Under the pieces are notes generated by a model. The model was not told the origin of the DNA. It ran no database searches and saw only the letters and a list, made by a program, of their open reading frames with translations. The position numbers and the translations under genes are program-made. Of a stretch of 64,000 nt of DNA, positions 62,155 through 64,000 are shown piece by piece (the stretch's first letter is position 1; the number at the start of each line of letters is the position of its first letter). The DNA is from Candidatus Cloacimonadota bacterium (GTDB lineage Bacteria; Cloacimonadota; Cloacimonadia; G963667145), in NCBI GenBank assembly GCA_963667255.1, contig OY762940.1, positions 1,440,001 through 1,504,000 of the forward strand, read 5' to 3'.

Positions 62155-64000
62155 TCAATAAATTAAATAATTGGCAATTTTGATAATATCCGCAAAAACT
62201 CCGGCAGCGGTAACAGCAGCTCCGGCTCCGGGACCTCGCACTACCAAAGGCATCTGTGCAGTGTATCTCTTGGTAACAAACACCACCATATTATCACTGC
62301 CCGACAAAGAATAAAATGGGCTTGAACTGTCAACATCCTCTAATCCGATTTTTACCTCGTCCTTGGTGATGCTCGCCAAAAAACGCAATCTATTGCCCTT
62401 TTCTTCGGCTTGTTTTACCATATCGGCAAAATAATCGTTGTTATCCTCCAGACTCTGCAAGAAGGAAGCCAAATCGTCTTTGTTCATACACTCTTCCGGT
62501 AAAATCGGCTTGGCAACTATATCTTGCAAATTAATCTTCTTGCCCAATTCTCTGGACAAAATCAACGCCTTGCGTGCTACATCACAACCAGCCAAATCTT
62601 CTTTCGGATTTGGCTCTGTATAACCCAGCTCTTTTGCCTTCTTCACCACATCTACAAATTTGGTTTTAGAGTTGAACGAATTAAAAATATAGCTGAGAGT
62701 TCCCGACAAAACAGCTTTGATTTCCTCTATCTCGTCGCCTGAACGAAGCAAATCTTTCAAAGTGCTGATAATCGGTAATCCCGCACCAACATTGGTCTCA
62801 TAGTAAAATTTAGCATTATGCTCAAAAGCCGTGTCGTGAATATCCCTATAAACAGAATACTCATCTGAATTGGCTTTTTTATTGGGCGTAGCCACAGAAA
62901 TAGACTCTTGCAAAAGCTCTTTATACAAAGGAGTCATCCTCGCCGTGGCGGTGCAATCTATAAAAATGGAGTTCGCACAATTCATCTCTTTGATTTTCTT
63001 CACAAAGCCTTCCAAATCGCTATCTTGCCCTTTTTGCAAACTCTCCCGCCAATTATTAAACCCGAGATTTTCATCAAAGGTCATCTTGTCTATATCCGCT
63101 ATACCTTTGAGAGTCATAGTAATCCCATAATTTGACTTGAGGAAATTGCGTTGCTTATCAATTTGCTCCAACAAAGTTGACCCGATTAAGCCAGTGCCAA
63201 CTAAAAATAGATTTATATTTTTGCGGTCAAAAAATTCACTGTATAGAGAGGTAACCGCTTTGGTAACATCCTCTTTGGCAATTATCACACTGACATTGAG
63301 TTCGGAAGACCCTTGAGCAATCGCCCTGACATTTACCCCATTTTTGCCCAATGCACCAAACATTTTACCGGAAAGACCAACCCGATTAACCATATTTTGC
63401 CCGACGATAGAGACCGAAGCCAAATCGGTGTGGTAGTCGATATTATCAATAATCCCCTGTTCAAATTCGTAATAAAACTCTTTGCGAATAGCTTTGGTGG
63501 CAGCCAAGATGTTCTCCTTGTCAGACTTGATGGCAAAGCAAATTGATTGCTCACTGGAGGCTTGCGAAATCAAAATCAGACTGATATTCGCCTTTGCCAA
63601 AGAACCGAACAACCGTTGTGCCGTGCCGACTCTGCCTATCATTCCAGTCCCAAACACTCTGAACAAAGCAATATCCCCAATATAAGAAATCCCCGTTATA
63701 AGATTTTGGCTTTGGCAACCACCCTTGAAAATTTTCGTCCCCACAAAATCCAAATCGGACAAAGATTTTATTTCAATCTCGGCATCCTGCTTTTTCGCAA
63801 TCTCAATGGCTCTATAATCGATGAAATCTGAACCGAAGTGCGAAAGTTCCATAGCCTCCTGATAACTCATGGCACTTATGTGTTTACTGCCATGCACCAA
63901 GGAAGTGTTGCAAACAGGAACGCCCTGACCCGTGAGCCAAAACTCGATTTTATCGGATGCACTGAGTTTAGCCAAATAGCAAGTCAAGAAATCGGCTTCC
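62155..64000 (-). CDS. thrA: ThrA-like aspartokinase/homoserine dehydrogenase (5' end outside window; AK part divergent)
   Basis: MSYQEAMELSHFG, two ACT domains, GTGLIG, YETNVGAGLP, GYTEPNP, GPGAG. Confidence 0.88.
   Translation of the reverse strand, partial: EADFLTCYLAKLSASDKIEFWLTGQGVPVCNTSLVHGSKHISAMSYQEAMELSHFGSDFIDYRAIEIAKKQDAEIEIKSLSDLDFVGTKIFKGGCQSQNLITGISYIGDIALFRVFGTGMIGRVGTAQRLFGSLAKANISLILISQASSEQSICFAIKSDKENILAATKAIRKEFYYEFEQGIIDNIDYHTDLASVSIVGQNMVNRVGLSGKMFGALGKNGVNVRAIAQGSSELNVSVIIAKEDVTKAVTSLYSEFFDRKNINLFLVGTGLIGSTLLEQIDKQRNFLKSNYGITMTLKGIADIDKMTFDENLGFNNWRESLQKGQDSDLEGFVKKIKEMNCANSIFIDCTATARMTPLYKELLQESISVATPNKKANSDEYSVYRDIHDTAFEHNAKFYYETNVGAGLPIISTLKDLLRSGDEIEEIKAVLSGTLSYIFNSFNSKTKFVDVVKKAKELGYTEPNPKEDLAGCDVARKALILSRELGKKINLQDIVAKPILPEECMNKDDLASFLQSLEDNNDYFADMVKQAEEKGNRLRFLASITKDEVKIGLEDVDSSSPFYSLSGSDNMVVFVTKRYTAQMPLVVRGPGAGAAVTAAGVFADIIKIANYLIY

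Overview
Low-GC bacterial chromosomal window from a diderm anaerobe. The gene set (BamA, Bat operon, HrcA/CIRCE, PPDK, long RpoD, YfhO) is compatible with Cloacimonadota/FCB relatives, but that is inference only. Most of it is minus-strand housekeeping: iscR-iscS, pstSCAB-phoU, tRNA-Leu-tig-clpP-clpX, EF-G2, rpoD, ade, acn-yhaM-icd-ftcD, ppdK, moxR-bat-rimO, two tRNAs, yfhO, yggS, split fumarase, NSS transporter, bamA, pdxJ, thrA-like. There are three accessory patches. (1) An ECF sigma/anti-sigma/Spy operon. (2) A plus-strand putative defence island (Fic, unknown, R-M fusion, RhuM, unknown) hit by two of three near-identical 1111-bp IS256-like elements. (3) A region at 38-40.7 kb with an IS3, REP/REPIN-like palindromes and a lipoprotein gene. 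The most striking feature lies upstream of that lipoprotein: a promoter-proximal leader ORF contains an (8-bp)x8 tandem repeat, and only one of its three possible frames reads through an intrinsic terminator. This looks like a repeat-slippage, phase-variable transcription attenuator, predicted OFF in this sequence.
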